DNA of 62,935 nt, the filler included, from Parasitella parasitica NRRL 2501 (lineage: Eukaryota > Fungi > Mucoromycota): the NCBI GenBank assembly GCA_025201805.1. It is 4 parts of 4 records of this genome, joined end to end, with 100 filler letters (N's around TTAATTAATTAA, not from the genome) between each part and the next. Parts side by side here need not be neighbours in the genome. Positions count along the whole stretch, not along the records: positions 38,848 to 62,935 come from MU619338.1; 3 more parts are not named here. One strand, 5' to 3'. Of the stretch, positions 48,136 through 62,692 are shown in pieces. The notes beneath the pieces are model-generated. The model did no database searches. It saw nothing but the letters and a program-made list of their open reading frames with translations, and was not told the origin of the DNA. Position 1 is the first letter of the stretch. Each line of letters begins with the position of its first letter. The position numbers and the translations under genes were made by a program.

Positions 48136-49519
48136 TCAAGAACGGTTCTTCTTGGTTGCAGCTACAGGGACATTACCGGTTTTTCCATGTTTTTTGATAA
48201 TAATCTTAGTAGTAGTTGACGTCGGCAAATTCCTGTTGTTTAACTAGATTATAAATTATACAATTATGAGTTGCACTAGTATATTTATATATGCAAGATA
48301 TATTCCACTTACAACTGGATTTTCATGCGATCTTTTTACATCTTTAAAATTGTTGGTTGATGCAGCAGATCTTTGAAGATTTTCTTGTGATAAGTGTCTT
48401 ATATTTATAGGCTTTGATTGATCCCGCATCTTGTCCAAGATAAAGTATAGCTTATATGAAGCCTAGAAATGCATCTAATCAGCATTGCCAACCCATACAT
48501 CAGTCATATTCCAACTTACATAGGCATCGTTAGCAGCATACTTGATTTGCATAGCTGATAATTTTACTTTACTCCAATTACTAATTCTGACCTTGCCTTT
48601 AGGCATATTTTGATCCATCTAGGTTACAAAATGTTGAGTGATTTTCCATTGTTTGTGATAAAAAAAATTGCAACTTACAAATATGCCTGCCAATGCACGA
48701 AGAGATCTTAAATTTGATTTCTCAAGTTTGGATGATTCTACTGATTCAACAATATCTCTCAATTCCACAAGCCCATTTGTTTTGATGCCAAAATCACGAT
48801 ACAATTTGAGTCCATCAGCGCCAATGTTGACACCACTCTTTAGCACCTTCTTGTCTTCAAAGAATCGTTTCAATTCATTAGGAAACGCTTTAAGAGTGAG
48901 CTGTTAAAATGATGACTATACTAATCACAACCGTCTTTGTTCGTTACCTTGCATCTGACCGATTTGAAGCAACAAAATGCTGTTTGCTGAGCAGATTTGA
49001 ACAAGGGATGTCTTCTTTTCTTGTTGGCCTTTGATAAATGTGGGTGGCCATTCCAAATCCATGCCAAATATCTTTTCATTGGCTGCCAAACAGCTTAAGC
49101 GATCATTAGCCTCATCCAAGTCTCCAATACACTCAACTTTGTAAAAACTTGGGTACATTAGTTCAGGTAGAGAATCCAGGTAGGTTTTGAAACGAGCGTT
49201 ATTCTCGTTTATAAGCTTTTGCCGTTCTAATTTTAAGCGCTGTTTTTCTAATGCTTTCCCATCAATTGTTGTGATAGATTGTTGTAATGGATATTCCTCG
49301 ATATTAGGTGATAGCTTGGCGGCTTTATCATTCATTGCCAGATTGGGCAGCGTACTAATGAAACCATGTCAACATCCCGTTACAATAGAGAATCTAATCT
49401 CTTTACCTTGTTGACATGTTGGCTTTAGCAGTAGCGGTAGTAGATATTAGTGGAATACAGGTTTTGGATAGGTGATATCTATTACACTGACTCAATATTT
49501 TGTTTGACAGTGATATCAT
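48136..49519 (-). CDS. WRN/EXD2-type DEDDy 3'-5' exonuclease (multi-exon)
   Basis: ExoI FGMDLEWPP with SLVQIC; ExoII KSGVNIGADGLKLYRDFG; SLRALA; ExoIII SNW..VKLSAMQIKYAANDAY. Start codon inferred. Confidence 0.88.
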
Positions 49520-49662
49520 AATTTTAAGAGAGAAGAAAAAAGGGAAAGGGGACGAGCAGATTTACGAATGTCGAATTTTACACCTGAATTAAATGTGACA
49601 GCTACCATACATCAAGCCATCAAGCATACATGAAGCAGAAGCATCGATTTTATATGGCTTTA

Positions 49663-51190
49663 TTACTTCAATTCAACAAAGAAAGACCATCTACCTTCTT
49701 GTAAACCCTTTGCAGTATCTTCCAACAGTATCTCTCTTCTCAGCTTGACATAAACGCTTTTATCTAATACAGCCTGTTTGAGTTCTGCAATCTTCTCCGG
49801 CTCCAATGGTTTTTCCAGCAATTCTGATAACTGTTCAGTGGCCATTTCCAAATCACGTTGATTATCCTGTTTGTGGCATTAGAATTTGGCGATCATTCAC
49901 AATACAACAAACTTACCTCGAATAATTCAGTTTCGTTGGTTCTGTCAAGGTAAAAAGCGAAAGCATATGTCCATTTCAATGTAGTTCTACATTGCACTGT
50001 TACATCTACCGCTTTTTTGAGGAACTGAACTTCAATCCATGAAAGATCACTAGTTTGTTGCATTTCCTCCATCTTTTTTTCCGTCTTTTGATACAAGTCT
50101 TGATCTAATTTGGCAGATTGTTCATGATTTGCATATCGATTATAATACTGTTTTAGAGAGTGAGCAATTAAGCATCATATTGCGACAATCTCACTTCCTT
50201 ACATGAAGGTATCTTTCTAAGCTGGCTCTAGATTGCGTCTGGCTGTCTCTCGCCTCTTCACTGCTCTTTTCATCATATCTGTTGCAAGTATACCAAGACG
50301 TTCCGTGCTCTGACCAAGGTCCTACAAACATACGACGATTATTAGTTGTTTTTCTTGGAAAAAAATTCCGCTTCATAAAATAGTACTTTACCCATGCAAA
50401 CCCAACAGAATTCATATCTGCACTTTCTACATGTCATATGGTTGCAACCGCCGTTCTTTTCGATGGTTGAATGGCACTTTGGGCATTCTTTTGTATGAGC
50501 TGATATCCAATTGGCCGTTTCTGAGTCATCTTCACATTTTTGTAGCCATTTTTTGACCAAAACACAAATACAAGGTTGATGGTCGTCTAATCCACAGCCA
50601 AAGCAGAATCGACATGTACATTTGCATTCTACAGTTGGTACAATAGAAGTTAAAGAAGTGCTTGGGACAGTACATTCGATAGCATATTCACAGTCAGGAG
50701 CAGGACACCATCTTAAAAAGTCGTTGTCGTCCACAAATGTTCTGTTGAGTAATTCACGATATTTGAGATGCGTGTTGGTGTCCACCAATAACTCGACAGT
50801 TTTTTCATCTACAATCACTGCACAATCATTCTGGGGGCATTGAATTCTTCGACTTTCGCCTTCTTCTCTGATCTTTTGAACAATGTAATGTGTGTAACAT
50901 GTTCTGCAGAATCGATGTCCACATGAGACACTGATTGTTTTCATGTCGGGAGAATCATCGCAGCAAATATCGCACATAAAATCGGTACCAAGGTCTCTTG
51001 CTACGACAAGCGCATGCTTCAAATCGGAAACAGATGACAAACCCGCTAGTTTTAATACTTTTTCAGACGACTCCATGTACTGCTCAAACAGCTTCTCCTT
51101 GTTCCAACGAAAGTACCGCAGCAAAGTGGCAGCATCTTCTGACGATAATCCTTGGATGGAAGTTTACGTAAGATTACGAACAGCAACAAC

Positions 51191-51258
<68 letters not shown>

Positions 51259-51687
51259 AAAAATGCGGGCAAAAAATCAATTTACCTAAAATAAGAGACA
51301 CCTGCGATACCTCTTTATCTTGCTTGCTTTTAAGATGAAGAGAGTCAAGGACATTGTAGTCGACTTGATAGGCCTTCTTCAGCTGCTTTTCTTTAAAGAC
51401 ATCATCGTTCACGTCGTCATGACTGTTGTAGCCTTCGCTTTCTAATACAAGTAAGCATGCATGTCCATTATTTAAAAAGTACCTACAAATTCATTAATAT
51501 TGCTGAACAGTTCATTACAAGAGTAAATATTTACATACCATTTCAACTTTACCACTCATTGAACTAGCAAAGTCAGACTCATCTTCATACTAAATATATT
51601 TTATGTAAGTGTACAAAGAAAATCAAGTATGCAATGCTTTCAAGCTACTACCATGCATTCATCTTCGAAATCACTTCCAGAGCTCAT
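49663..51687 (-). CDS. ARI1: Ariadne-family RBR E3 ubiquitin ligase (ARIH1/Hel1-like)
   Basis: Acidic N-terminus, [15 protein letters not shown]1 CDICC...[21 protein letters not shown]2 [22 protein letters not shown], and Ariadne domain [14 protein letters not shown]. Confidence 0.95.
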
Positions 51688-54420
51688 TTTGGTATTGTAT
51701 ACTACCGTAGTTGTGTTATATCCAGACAGAAAGGAAACAAAAGAAAGGAAAAGGAAAGGAAAAAAAACAGAGTCATTCTGTTTTAAATAGGTTTGCTTCA
51801 ATTAGCAGAAAAGGAGTTGTTTAGTTGTGTAATCATGTAGCGTGGTTTGTGGACCAATGAATTGGAAGTTTTTTTTTTGGCACAACGAAAAGACATCTAG
51901 AAACAAAAACGACTAGTCATCGCCAACAGAAAAAGTAGACCAGCAGATAAAGTGGAGAGTGGGCATTGGCAAATAGTGACAGTTACGGATCGTTACATAC
52001 GGTAACAACGTGGAAAAATGCTCTCTTTATAAAATTATCGAAAAATCATGACAATACATCCTTTCATGCCAGCTTAATTGAGTGCACAATAATCGATCAC
52101 TCCTGTATTTTCGAGATGAAATTTGTGATATTGCCTTCCATTAGACTGTATAATTTTAAAAAAATTGCAAAAGATGAGCTCTTGGAAACGATTTGATGTA
52201 GGTCTGCGCACCTGATTTGGTTAGAAGGAGTATGGATTCCATCAAAGTTATGTGAAACAAGTATGTTGGTGGTAACAAAGTGTTATAATTCACTTGATAA
52301 TGTACGTTATAAGCATCCATCTATGCATATTAAGCTTTTTACTATAATAATACTGTTGATGGAAGACGTTCATTTAATCCCAACAATTTTAGAAAAAAAT
52401 TATTATTTTAAAATTATATTTATGCAAAACATAGGCTTTTGGCATTGTAACAAATAACGTGTTCATATAAATCACATTTTTATGAAGATGTGATTGTCAT
52501 TAATGATTTTTATAATCGATACATTAACTTGATAACAAAATCTGGCGTATGCATGTTAATTCTATATTGAGCTAATCCGCCAATTGTACCAGCTATAGTA
52601 TAATATCATTAGCATCTTGTGTTCAATATACCAATTACGCAGAGCAATGCTGTAATGAAATTATGCTTTTTTAAAAAACTGGTAAAAAAAAGCTCTGGCT
52701 CTTTATACGCATTCCGTTTACCATGCATCGCAAGAAAAAAAAATCTACATTTCTCAAGTCTTCTTGATGACTTATTATTTACTCTGCAGTCGCTTGATAT
52801 TTTAGTATATTCAAATTGGATAAATCCAAATATAAGCCAAACTTGATTGCAATACTGGAGCTCGAGATGTTATTTTTAATATTACTTGCAAAGCTTGTTT
52901 CGTCATATCGACTCTTTGTTCTAAGGCTATCTGCTTCCATATTCAAAAAAAAAACAAAAACAAAATTGACAGCTTATTATTTTCATTAGTTTAAACTTTG
53001 ACAACGGTTCCATCTATAGACAACGCTTTTATAAGTTTTTGACTTCGCAAGATATAAAAAATGTGGCAGCAAGAAACAAAAGAGGACAAAGTCATAAGCC
53101 TACATCAACGAAAATCTAAGATAGGGAATACGGCAAAAGCAATGCGTTGCCCCCCAACTTCAACAGCTCTATTAAGACCAAAACGAATATTCTCAGTTAC
53201 AAGAATTATTGGGAGATAATTAATATCGGAAAAATAAGGCTCAAAAATGAGCATGATCTAGGTGATTTTCAAAACCGTTTGCAGCGAAACGCAGAAAAAA
53301 AGTATATAAAAGCAAGGTACGATTAAAATCCTTCTTTATATTAAAAGTGGATTGAGTGTGCAATAAGATGTTATTTTACATCTCTATTTATATTGTTTGG
53401 GTGTCGTCTTACTAGCAGATAATTGTATCGTTATTTCTTAGCGTTTCCGTTATTCTTTATGTTGTGTTATAATTTCTAATCAGCCGTTCTGGCTTCGTAG
53501 TATACTATTGTACTACTTGTATTGATTAGGGATGATCATTCTTCAGGACAATAGAATAATTCTATTGCAGCTATTCTAATCATACTTGAGTGTGAATATT
53601 ATTGAGTTCTTTATTGGCATTGCTGATCTAGCAATGGATCAAGGATGGCAATTTAAGCAAAATATTATTTGTTTAATGAAATATTCATTTTCAGGCTTAG
53701 TTGTGGCACAACATCCTATTTTGACATATGTTAGTTCCTTATTGATCTGCCATAATTATAGACAGGAGATCATGGCAATGTACTTCAATTGAAGGTTGAT
53801 TGTCCAATGACGTGATGTGATACGCTTGTGTAAATTGGAGAATAAAGTTTCTGTTTCAAATCAAGAAGGTTATCCCTGTAAGTAACACATATCTGAGAAC
53901 CAGGATAAAGGTTAAGGCACTGTCAGATCAAAGATGTGTAGCCCTTGTTGTATAATCTTATACCGTACCTTGTCAATTAGTAATTTAAATAAGTCACTAT
54001 AAATTTATGTATTGTTAAAAATTATAAATAGCAGATGGCATTTTGTTATCAACAAAGTTATTAAATTTTTGTCTGATCCTATTTTTATAAAGTCGTACAT
54101 TTTTTGAGCAGATTATATTCATATATCCTCTGCGCATAAAACGTGCAACATGTTCAATTTGTGTTACGACATCAACCTTTAGGTAATAAGTATTTTATGA
54201 TTTCTGTTGATGGCATTTGATCTATCTTTAAATCGTGTATTTTTAAAGGCCTTGTTGCTCTTATAAAATTATTGCCGGCAAGGAATATATTAAAGTTCAT
54301 CGAGATATATAGCATGTTGAACTTTACATATTTAAGTTTTAAACATTACGATTACAGAATGTTCCAAAAAGAATTAAATACAAAATTAACTATTATTTCA
54401 GTTATAGGCTAATTTAAAAT

Positions 54421-57137
54421 TCACTCTTCTTTCTTGATTATAGGAGGATCCCATAAATTTACTTTAAGAAGTGATTCCCATAATGTGGACAGACTTGGTC
54501 TAGGTATAAATAATTGTAAAAGACAAGAAATGAATTAAGTTAAAGGAGGTCACTACCTTTGGTCTGGAAGCATTGGATACTATGAAAAAAAAAACAAGTT
54601 ATTATAATCATATACCACTAAATGTCATATAAATACCTGTAGTTTTGGTATAGGTTTAATGGGTTCACCATAAAGAAGACAATTAAAAACATAAGCAGAA
54701 AAATAGTGAGCGCTTAGTCTCTTCCAAAGCAACATGTATTGAAAGAATATAGCGCTTAATGGAATAGGCATGTTCTAAAGACAAAATTACTTGATGAATA
54801 TTAATAGTTTTGCTGATGTACCTACTCGCATCCATAAATAAACATCTTTATTATCTCCAGATTTCTTTTTGGTATAGGCTGTGTTTTTTGCTGCTGGAGG
54901 GCGCACTTTGCTTTTGGCAGTAGGAGTGCCTGGAATTGCAAAAGAAACAGAGCTTTGCTTTTTGCGCTTCGATTTTTTCGGTTTTAAATTAGAAGAAGAG
55001 GATGAGGATTTACTTATCTTGGATTTAAACGTGACCCATATTTGTCTCAGTCTATGCAGTATGCCATGGTGCTCTAATAAAAACTCGTCATGTTGAAAAA
55101 TTTCAAATTGAAGGCCGCCTGGTAAACGATGGGGATCCTTCAGTCGTAACATGATGGCGAACAGAGGAAAATGATTAAAGAACGCTAAGATTGTTTCCAT
55201 GACGGCTAGAAAGAAAATGACGCCCACACGGCCCTAATACAAAATGTTACTTTCCATATATTAGATTAGTACAAGACATCTTACCAGTGCAAATGTCAGA
55301 TAATAAATCAAGATTGTAGGGAACAGGAATGTCAGTAATGTGAACAAACTGGTTCCCAACAGCAGCTGATCCAGGTCATAATCGCAAGAATCTATACGAT
55401 TACGCAAAATATTTCTTTTTTTACCACGAAAGAGATTGAATAAAGAGCTCAATATGACCAGCTGCCAATTGAATATGCGAGCAGCAACCATGTAAAAGCA
55501 GTAAACATGCAATGTCATGAATGCCAGGAAATCAGAGGACAAAGAGATAATCATAGTAACACCAAAAATACCAGATAATCCGATTAAATGAATAATTTGT
55601 GGTGTAAACGGTTGAACGGTCTGCGTGCACAATGTCCAAAGTCGGATCAACCAAAGAAACAATTCACTAAGAAAGCTGCCTAGTTCATGATTTAATTTCA
55701 AGCCAGCGGGAGACTCTAAAAACCATAGCATCATTGATTGGAGTGATTCGACTGTGTAATGCTGATAGAGATATTAGTATCTGGGCTTTCAATTCTCTTT
55801 TCACTCTTACATGGAGGACGCTATGCAATTTATTAGCCATGGCTTGGTTATTTGCCACCAGAAATGAACCTAAAGCAAGCCCTATAATGATATCATTTGC
55901 CACTAGCCACATACTATTATAGAAACTGATATAATATGCTCTTGTTTTAGCCGTATTTGCCCAATTATGCTTTCTAAGCATCATGTACTGTCTAGGCCAG
56001 AAAAATAATTGCTGCAATCTTAAGTCTACTTGTTGACCAGCTGCAATTAAGTCCTTGAAAGCAACGCCGTTTAGAATAAATTTAGGTAATCGTACACTTA
56101 ACAAATGTAATGTCACTTCTGCCAACACCAGTATCGAGAATAGAAGACACAAGAATACATTCATGACAACGAGTTTGACATGATGACCTATGAATCCCTT
56201 CGGGCTGGTGATAATAATGCGCACTAAATTGTTGGCAGCTGTGTGCATGAAATGTGTGATTCGGCCTAGGGTGGGGTATCTCGCTGCATGTTTCCGTTTC
56301 CGATTCACGGAAAGTAATTGAATACCATGCTCCAGAAAATAAGACGAATTGATCTATTGGATTTGTTAGACAACTTTTCATACAAAAACTACAATTCGCC
56401 TGACCTGCACTAGAGCAATATCAAGACGATCAGAAACGGGCTTTAATTCACCATTCAGCATGTGGCTATACTGTACAATCTTTGCAATGTTTTCCGCCGT
56501 AGTTTCCTCCAGTAAAGATGTTTTAGAGGTTGAATTCAATGGCAAATTCATTTCCGTGGAGGATATATCCAATTCAAGCGGATTTAGTGCTAGGAACTGT
56601 AGCCGCTTGGGATTCGGTTGCTCGTAAAAGATGACTTGACTAGTCTCACAATTTAGTATTGCATCTTTTGATTTATGGGATAATAGTATTGGTATATAAG
56701 CTTCGTCTAGTGCTACTTTGATCCAAACTATTCAATTGTGTTACTTTGAGAATGTTTGCTTCAATCAGCTTGAAGACTACCTTGATCTGTAATTGAACAA
56801 TCACCAACTGCATCGTCTTTTTGAGTTAGCATACCCAATATCTTAGGAGGAACATTACACACTTTATTGATGTGTGTGAACTCTGAATGCTCTCCAGATA
56901 TGCAAAATTCTTTCAACAGCTCTTGCAGTTCCTGTAACTTGTGATCATTGAAAGTAAGACGTCGCTAAGTTGAAAATTACATGAGCCATATTCATTTACC
57001 TGCACACCAGATACAACCGAAGCAACGCATACTGTGCCTGTTATGTTATGCCAACCGATTAAAAATCCGTGCTTTGTTTTGGGTGAGCAAAGATGTGAAG
57101 GCCAGAATAACTTGATGCCTTCACGAGCTGGTTGCAT
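54421..57137 (-). CDS. GPI1: GPI-GlcNAc transferase subunit Gpi1/PIG-Q (multi-exon)
   Basis: LFWP...GFLIGW start; QQVDLRLQQ; FYNSMWLVANDIIIG; PAGLKLNHEL; SLFNLFRGKKRNILRNRIDSCDYDLDQLLLGT; LRLKDPHRLPGG. Confidence 0.95.
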
Positions 57138-57510
57138 TAGTTTTTATATTCTTGCAAGTGATATATTGAAACCTTCATCTTCGTCAAAGTGCACAAACAC
57201 GGCGCTCAAAAGGAAATATCAAATAGTCACATTTATCAAAGAAACTATTTATAAAGGATTTTTTACAAGCTAACCTTTCCTTTAAACCGCATCTGAATAA
57301 ATTTTAGTACTTAATTATAATGTAATGTGTATCTTCTTATTTTTTAAATATAGTGTCTACATATTCAAAATTCTTGATAATGGGCCTGATTCAATCAACT
57401 TGCTACTGTGCCAAGAGTCACTTTTTCAGGGACAGTCTCTAGATCCACGACAAGTAGAAATGCACCACCAAAATGTGAATTGAATAAAACTTTTTTCCCT
57501 TTCATTTTCA

Positions 57511-58723
57511 ATGTTACGACGCTCGTTCTGCTGCCAACATAACAAACTTACTTTTTCGAAATCCAATTGGTATAATATAGCATTGAAAGCCGTACTACCA
57601 GAAAAGATATGTTTACAGAGAGCAACTCAATTTCAATATAGAGCTACAGCCACCGTTGCTTCGGTGTTGGTGGATGGTATGCAGAACGAAAGAGCGGCAC
57701 GTATCACATCCAGCAGCGCAGTACCATTAGCCACCCCATTAGAACCATTGCCATTCCCATTACAAAAGAGTCTATCGCCAACGATCATTGTTCACAATAC
57801 CAAATCAGTGTCACATTTCAAGCGGTGCTCAGGCTACAGAAAATACACTGGAAAGCCATGTACACGTCTTGTGAAGATAGATCCAACATTGCCAGAGAAA
57901 AGATATTATCTCTGTCATAATCATGATCCAAATCTTGGATATAAGCCAAAAGAAGCTGGTAAAAACGATCGGCCTCCTGATGGGATCAAGAAGATGATAT
58001 TTGATAATGAAGCGGGCCACGCCATAGATAAAATGCCTAATGAAATACACGACTGCTGGCAATGTACTGTGTAGTAAAAGAATATGCAGTATTACACATT
58101 CACTAATATTCATTATAGTATGGATTGGGGATCATATTGCGCCAAAAGATAGAGCACTTATCAAACGACAAATGCTACTCCCACCATCAGAGCGTGATAA
58201 GGCAGGTTACATTTATGCATATCATTTGCAAGATGGGCCACGTGTATCACAAATGGAATATGCTTATTTTAAGATTGGACGCACCACAGATCCCCACAGA
58301 CGCATGTATCAAGTAACTCATGCTTGCAACTTTGTTCCCAAAATCATAGAGCTGATTCCAAGTCTTTCCGGGATTAGCGAGAAGAACAATATACCGACAC
58401 CGCGGATGTTGACTAATTTAGAGACGGTAGCACTGGAAGAGAAGACAGCTACAGTCGCAATGCACGGCTCTTATGGAGTATCAAAATGCCCCATGTCGCA
58501 TCGAGTTGAACGATTGATACATTTGGAATTGGCAAGCGTATATGAAAACGCAGGTTTCAAATGTGACGAATGTGGATCAGTACACCGAGAATGGATTCGT
58601 GTGGACAGACGAAAACATTTGAACGGTAAATTAATGACAGATCAAGAATTATGGAAATCAGCCATAAGGCCCATCGTATTGAAATGGATACAATTTGGTG
58701 TAGTTGCATCAGCACTAAAATGA
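57511..58723 (+). CDS. T5orf172/MUG113-type GIY-YIG-related protein
   Basis: C..G....G.PC.R...LC..H knuckle; GYIYAY...FKIGRT.DP.RRM.Q...C; HRVERLIHLEL; CDECGSVHREW. Start uncertain. Confidence 0.85.
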
Positions 58724-58932
58724 GTTTTTTTTTTTTTTTTTTTTTCATGACATGTTCCGCCGTTTTTATTCAAAATGTGCTATTTCCATTGTAGATTTTG
58801 CTAATTTGTATACTTTTAATGATGGTAAGCCTTTTTCTTTTTTTTTTATTATTATCATCACTAAAAATATACAAAAATAAACAAAAAAAAATGGTATATG
58901 GGTCTCTCTCCTTCTCTATCTCTTTCCTTGGT

Positions 58933-61056
58933 TTATGCTGTTTCAGTAGAGACGCCAGCCATTTCACTAGATTCGGCGCAGCTAGCGTCATTGACATTTG
59001 CTGCTTCAATTGGAGCATGGACATGAACAGCACCAGACAAGCGATCTTTCACTTCTTGCCACATCAAGGCCCTTTCTTTATTTACACTTCCTAGAACGGC
59101 CGAATTCTCTTGAGCCCGACGAAGTAAATAAGGAATTACCTCATCGATCATACCATACGGTAAGTACTTGTAGATGGAGTAACCATTTTTGCCCAGCGTG
59201 TAGGAAATTTGATCCTGCATGCCAAACAACTGACCGAAATGAACTACACCGCTTCTAGGTAAAACATGCTGACGCTCCATTTCTTCGACAGTCAAGATTG
59301 TAGACTCACGATTATGGCTAGCAACCATAAACACGATGGGGGCGGTTGTGGCTGTCAATGCATGGCCTGTGGTTTCCTGGTGCTGATGCAGCTTGCCCAG
59401 CAAAAAGACAACGCCGTTATTGTAAGACGCGTGTGTGTCCTCGATGGTCTCATGAATAGGAGATTCATAGTTCAGTTGCTCGGCGCGCTGTTGAGAAATC
59501 GCAATTAGTATGCGCTAGTTGTCATCATTATGGGTCATAATCCCTAGGTTACCTTGCGTTCCGATACCATATAAGCACCTCGAACTAGCTTAGCGGCAAA
59601 AGTGAAATTGCCCTTACTAGCTCTCTCAGCGTCACGCTCCAGCTTTGTCTGAGCCGCTTTTGTATACATTTGATCTGTGTAAAGATTGATAAATTAATAC
59701 AAACATATGCAATGGGCATGAGAGGCACTTACAAGTATTATAGACTGTAGGTGCATGGTCTTCATCGTCTCTGCGGTTGTACTTTTGTTGCAGGTTCATT
59801 GCCACATGATCAATAGCTTCCTGGAAGTAGGATTGCTCGGCATCCACCATAATACCCACTCTGACATCTTGTGCGAGTTGGCACACTTGATCCAATCGAT
59901 TGACCATTCTATCGTAAGCACGCAAATCCTCCTTGGTTAAAAACACTTGCTTTTCCGTCATGGCATCAGTCGTATCCCACCAAATATTACGATTTTCTCC
60001 CATCAGATTGAACAATTGGGTATATTCAACGTAATCTAAGGCCTTGTTTTCGTCGGCCAATTTAGATAGAATCAGAGTTCTTTGCTGTTCCTGCTGCTTG
60101 GAAATCGGAGAAGGACATACGTGATGAATGACATGCTTTAAGCAGGCACTGTCAATGTGGCCATCGACTTGGTATTCCTCGAATGCCTTGTCTAGATAGA
60201 ACATGACTTGATTCAAACGAAGCAAGAGTTCGGGAGGAGCAAATGCTGTCACTTTGATTGCTGAAAAGGCACCGCTGGTCGCATACTCTTCGTGCTGTCC
60301 TTGAGAGGCTGTCTTTAGGCAGTTCTTGATCATGTTTAGCACAACGTCTGCCTTCTGTTCTTGTGCCCCATACTTGCCAGAGAAGGAACGGCTGAAGTTT
60401 TTTTTGGCATCGACGTGTAGATCAGCCTCAATGCTTAGGTCCAAGATGCAATTGATGCCGGATTGAGACAGACGAGTCATTGTAGCCACGCACTCTTCAG
60501 CCGTCTCACCACCGCAAAATTGGCGAAAGAATGTATTTTTGACAAACCAGTAGACTGGGGATTGCAAGTGCAATGTCTCTGCAAGCTTGATAATGTGAGG
60601 AGCTGCATCGACAATCCAAGGATAAGAGCACAGCTTATATACGAACAATGCCAAGAGCAATTCCGACGTGGATTTAGCCTGCAAAGCTGCTCTGCTATTG
60701 TCATCTAGCAATTGAGCCACGGTGCTGGTGGAATTCGAGTTGCTGAAAGCAGAAATGGGAGCAGAAGCCATCTCAGCGACAGACTTCTTCTCGGACGCCG
60801 TGGATGATGGATTGAGATAGTAAAATGAAGCAGCCATGGAGACAGCGGCAACGGTAGTCAGTGTCTTGATAGGCAGCCCTACTCTTGCATGTGGGGTGCG
60901 GGCGGAGAGCAAAGAAACAGGCTTTTGGTGGTAGCCCCGCTTTCCAAGGAATGTTAACTTGGCATGCTGATTGAATGCGTTGATTGATCTGACGTTGTTT
61001 TGAGTTTTGGAAAAGAATAGATGTGGTGAATTACGGGAAATAAAGTGGCGGTGCAT
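58933..61056 (-). CDS. PUT1: Mitochondrial proline dehydrogenase
   Basis: TFFRQFCGGET, IKVTA, IMVDAEQSYFQ, KLVRGAYM, MVASHN, FGQLFGMQD, YKYLPYG...VIPYLLRRAQEN; presequence-like N-terminus. Confidence 0.95.
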
Positions 61057-62692
61057 GCAGTTTTTTCTTTTGGATACTTGAAAGTATGGATGTTTAACAA
61101 AAAGAAGAAGCAAAAAAGAGAAGACAATTACGCGAGGGTTCTATGGTTTATATAGGCTCGTAGAAATGTTTGATTGATCTCTATCAAAACCAGCTCTTCT
61201 AGGGTTCTGTATGCAACCGTATATGGTAACTTTTTTTCGCACGAAGTGAACCAATCATGTATGGATGAAGTCTAGGATTGACAATGTAACATTACCTTAA
61301 TTTTCTGCACAAACATCCAACATGTGGAGTAAAACTGTTAAATTCTCCGATAAAAAAGGACTAGGTACAGCATTAAATTAGTCCATAAAAGATGCAATCA
61401 TAATGATTATAACCAACTGGTGAACAACCGGGTGTTAGTTTCGGTAAAAGGTTATGTAATATGGCTGTAATCTTCTTATTCCAACTGTGCTCCTTTTGCC
61501 AAGCTAAGCTTTCACAGTAATCATCCTAAAAAAGTTTTGGTTTCTTGTTTTTGACTGAAAAATCCGTTACATTGTTAATCATCACTTTCCACTCAGCGAA
61601 TAAATTTTGATAGGCACATCGTCCAGTGGAAATCAATTCATACTAGGGTAGCCTTTATTGAGCCTGTTTCAGCCCAATGTAAATCAACCCATACTTAGCT
61701 AAGAAAGCATATTGTTAGCAGTAAGGCAAATTGTAGTGACGATGGTAAGGTTTGAACACGTCCAAAAAACAATCAGCGAATACTGATGTTTTTTGTCATA
61801 GATATTAGTTTGGATTGCGATGCTAACGATGCGCATTTAATGACTCTTGCAATGGCAACGCCAACCTTGAAAACCAAATATGACAAAATGCACGATTCGA
61901 TCAAGCAATTGTGCATGTATGTTAATCAATGAACGCAGCTATGGAACAAAAAGCAAAAATAAATGGCTCATTGAGCAGTTGTAGCTGAGCATGTTATCTC
62001 TCCTTCACTCGCGGTCAAAAACAACTACATAGTATAATATAATGCTTTCATGACAACATCAAAGACATGAGCGACCACATATTGGAATGCAAACTGATCA
62101 TTCCGCCAAAACGATTATTCGATGGTAATGTTATTGTGTCAAGCTACTATGCCTATCTGGCATTGCTGATCGACCAGTTATCCCACCGAAGAATGCTTTC
62201 TGGCTGCCACTATTTTGAATTGGGCACGCTTGCTCAAATAAAGATTGGACGCATGAACTACATGGCAAGTTTGGCTATGTCCAAGGATTGGCAGGCTCAA
62301 TTTTGATGAATTTTAGCAATGGTAAAGCCATTCTTGTGAATACGGTAGAGGCTTATGGTTGGACCAAATCACCGAGAATTGTCTGCTTTGTCTACCTCCT
62401 CAATCCATCACAACCACTCCAACGTATCGGAATAACCCGAAAGCCAGTAGAAAGCTCATTTATGAATCAGGTACTGAATCTTATAGAGTAAATCAATCAA
62501 TATTAATACGTCTAGTTTGTTCATATGGATACGAATTGATGCCTCGTACTTGGTAATCATCCATTTGTAGTAAATTCAAGTTACTATAAATAGTCGTATA
62601 ATTATAAGTCAAATAAACATTATTCTTTATTCTACATATTTATTATTTTTTACAACAAACAGAAATGTTTCAGCTACAGTTAGCGCAACACT

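Noticed and set aside
62288-62556. Fanzor/TnpB RNA-guided nuclease remnant
   Set aside because: No convincing RuvC motifs or CxxC zinc-finger pairs here or in the other TE ORFs examined.
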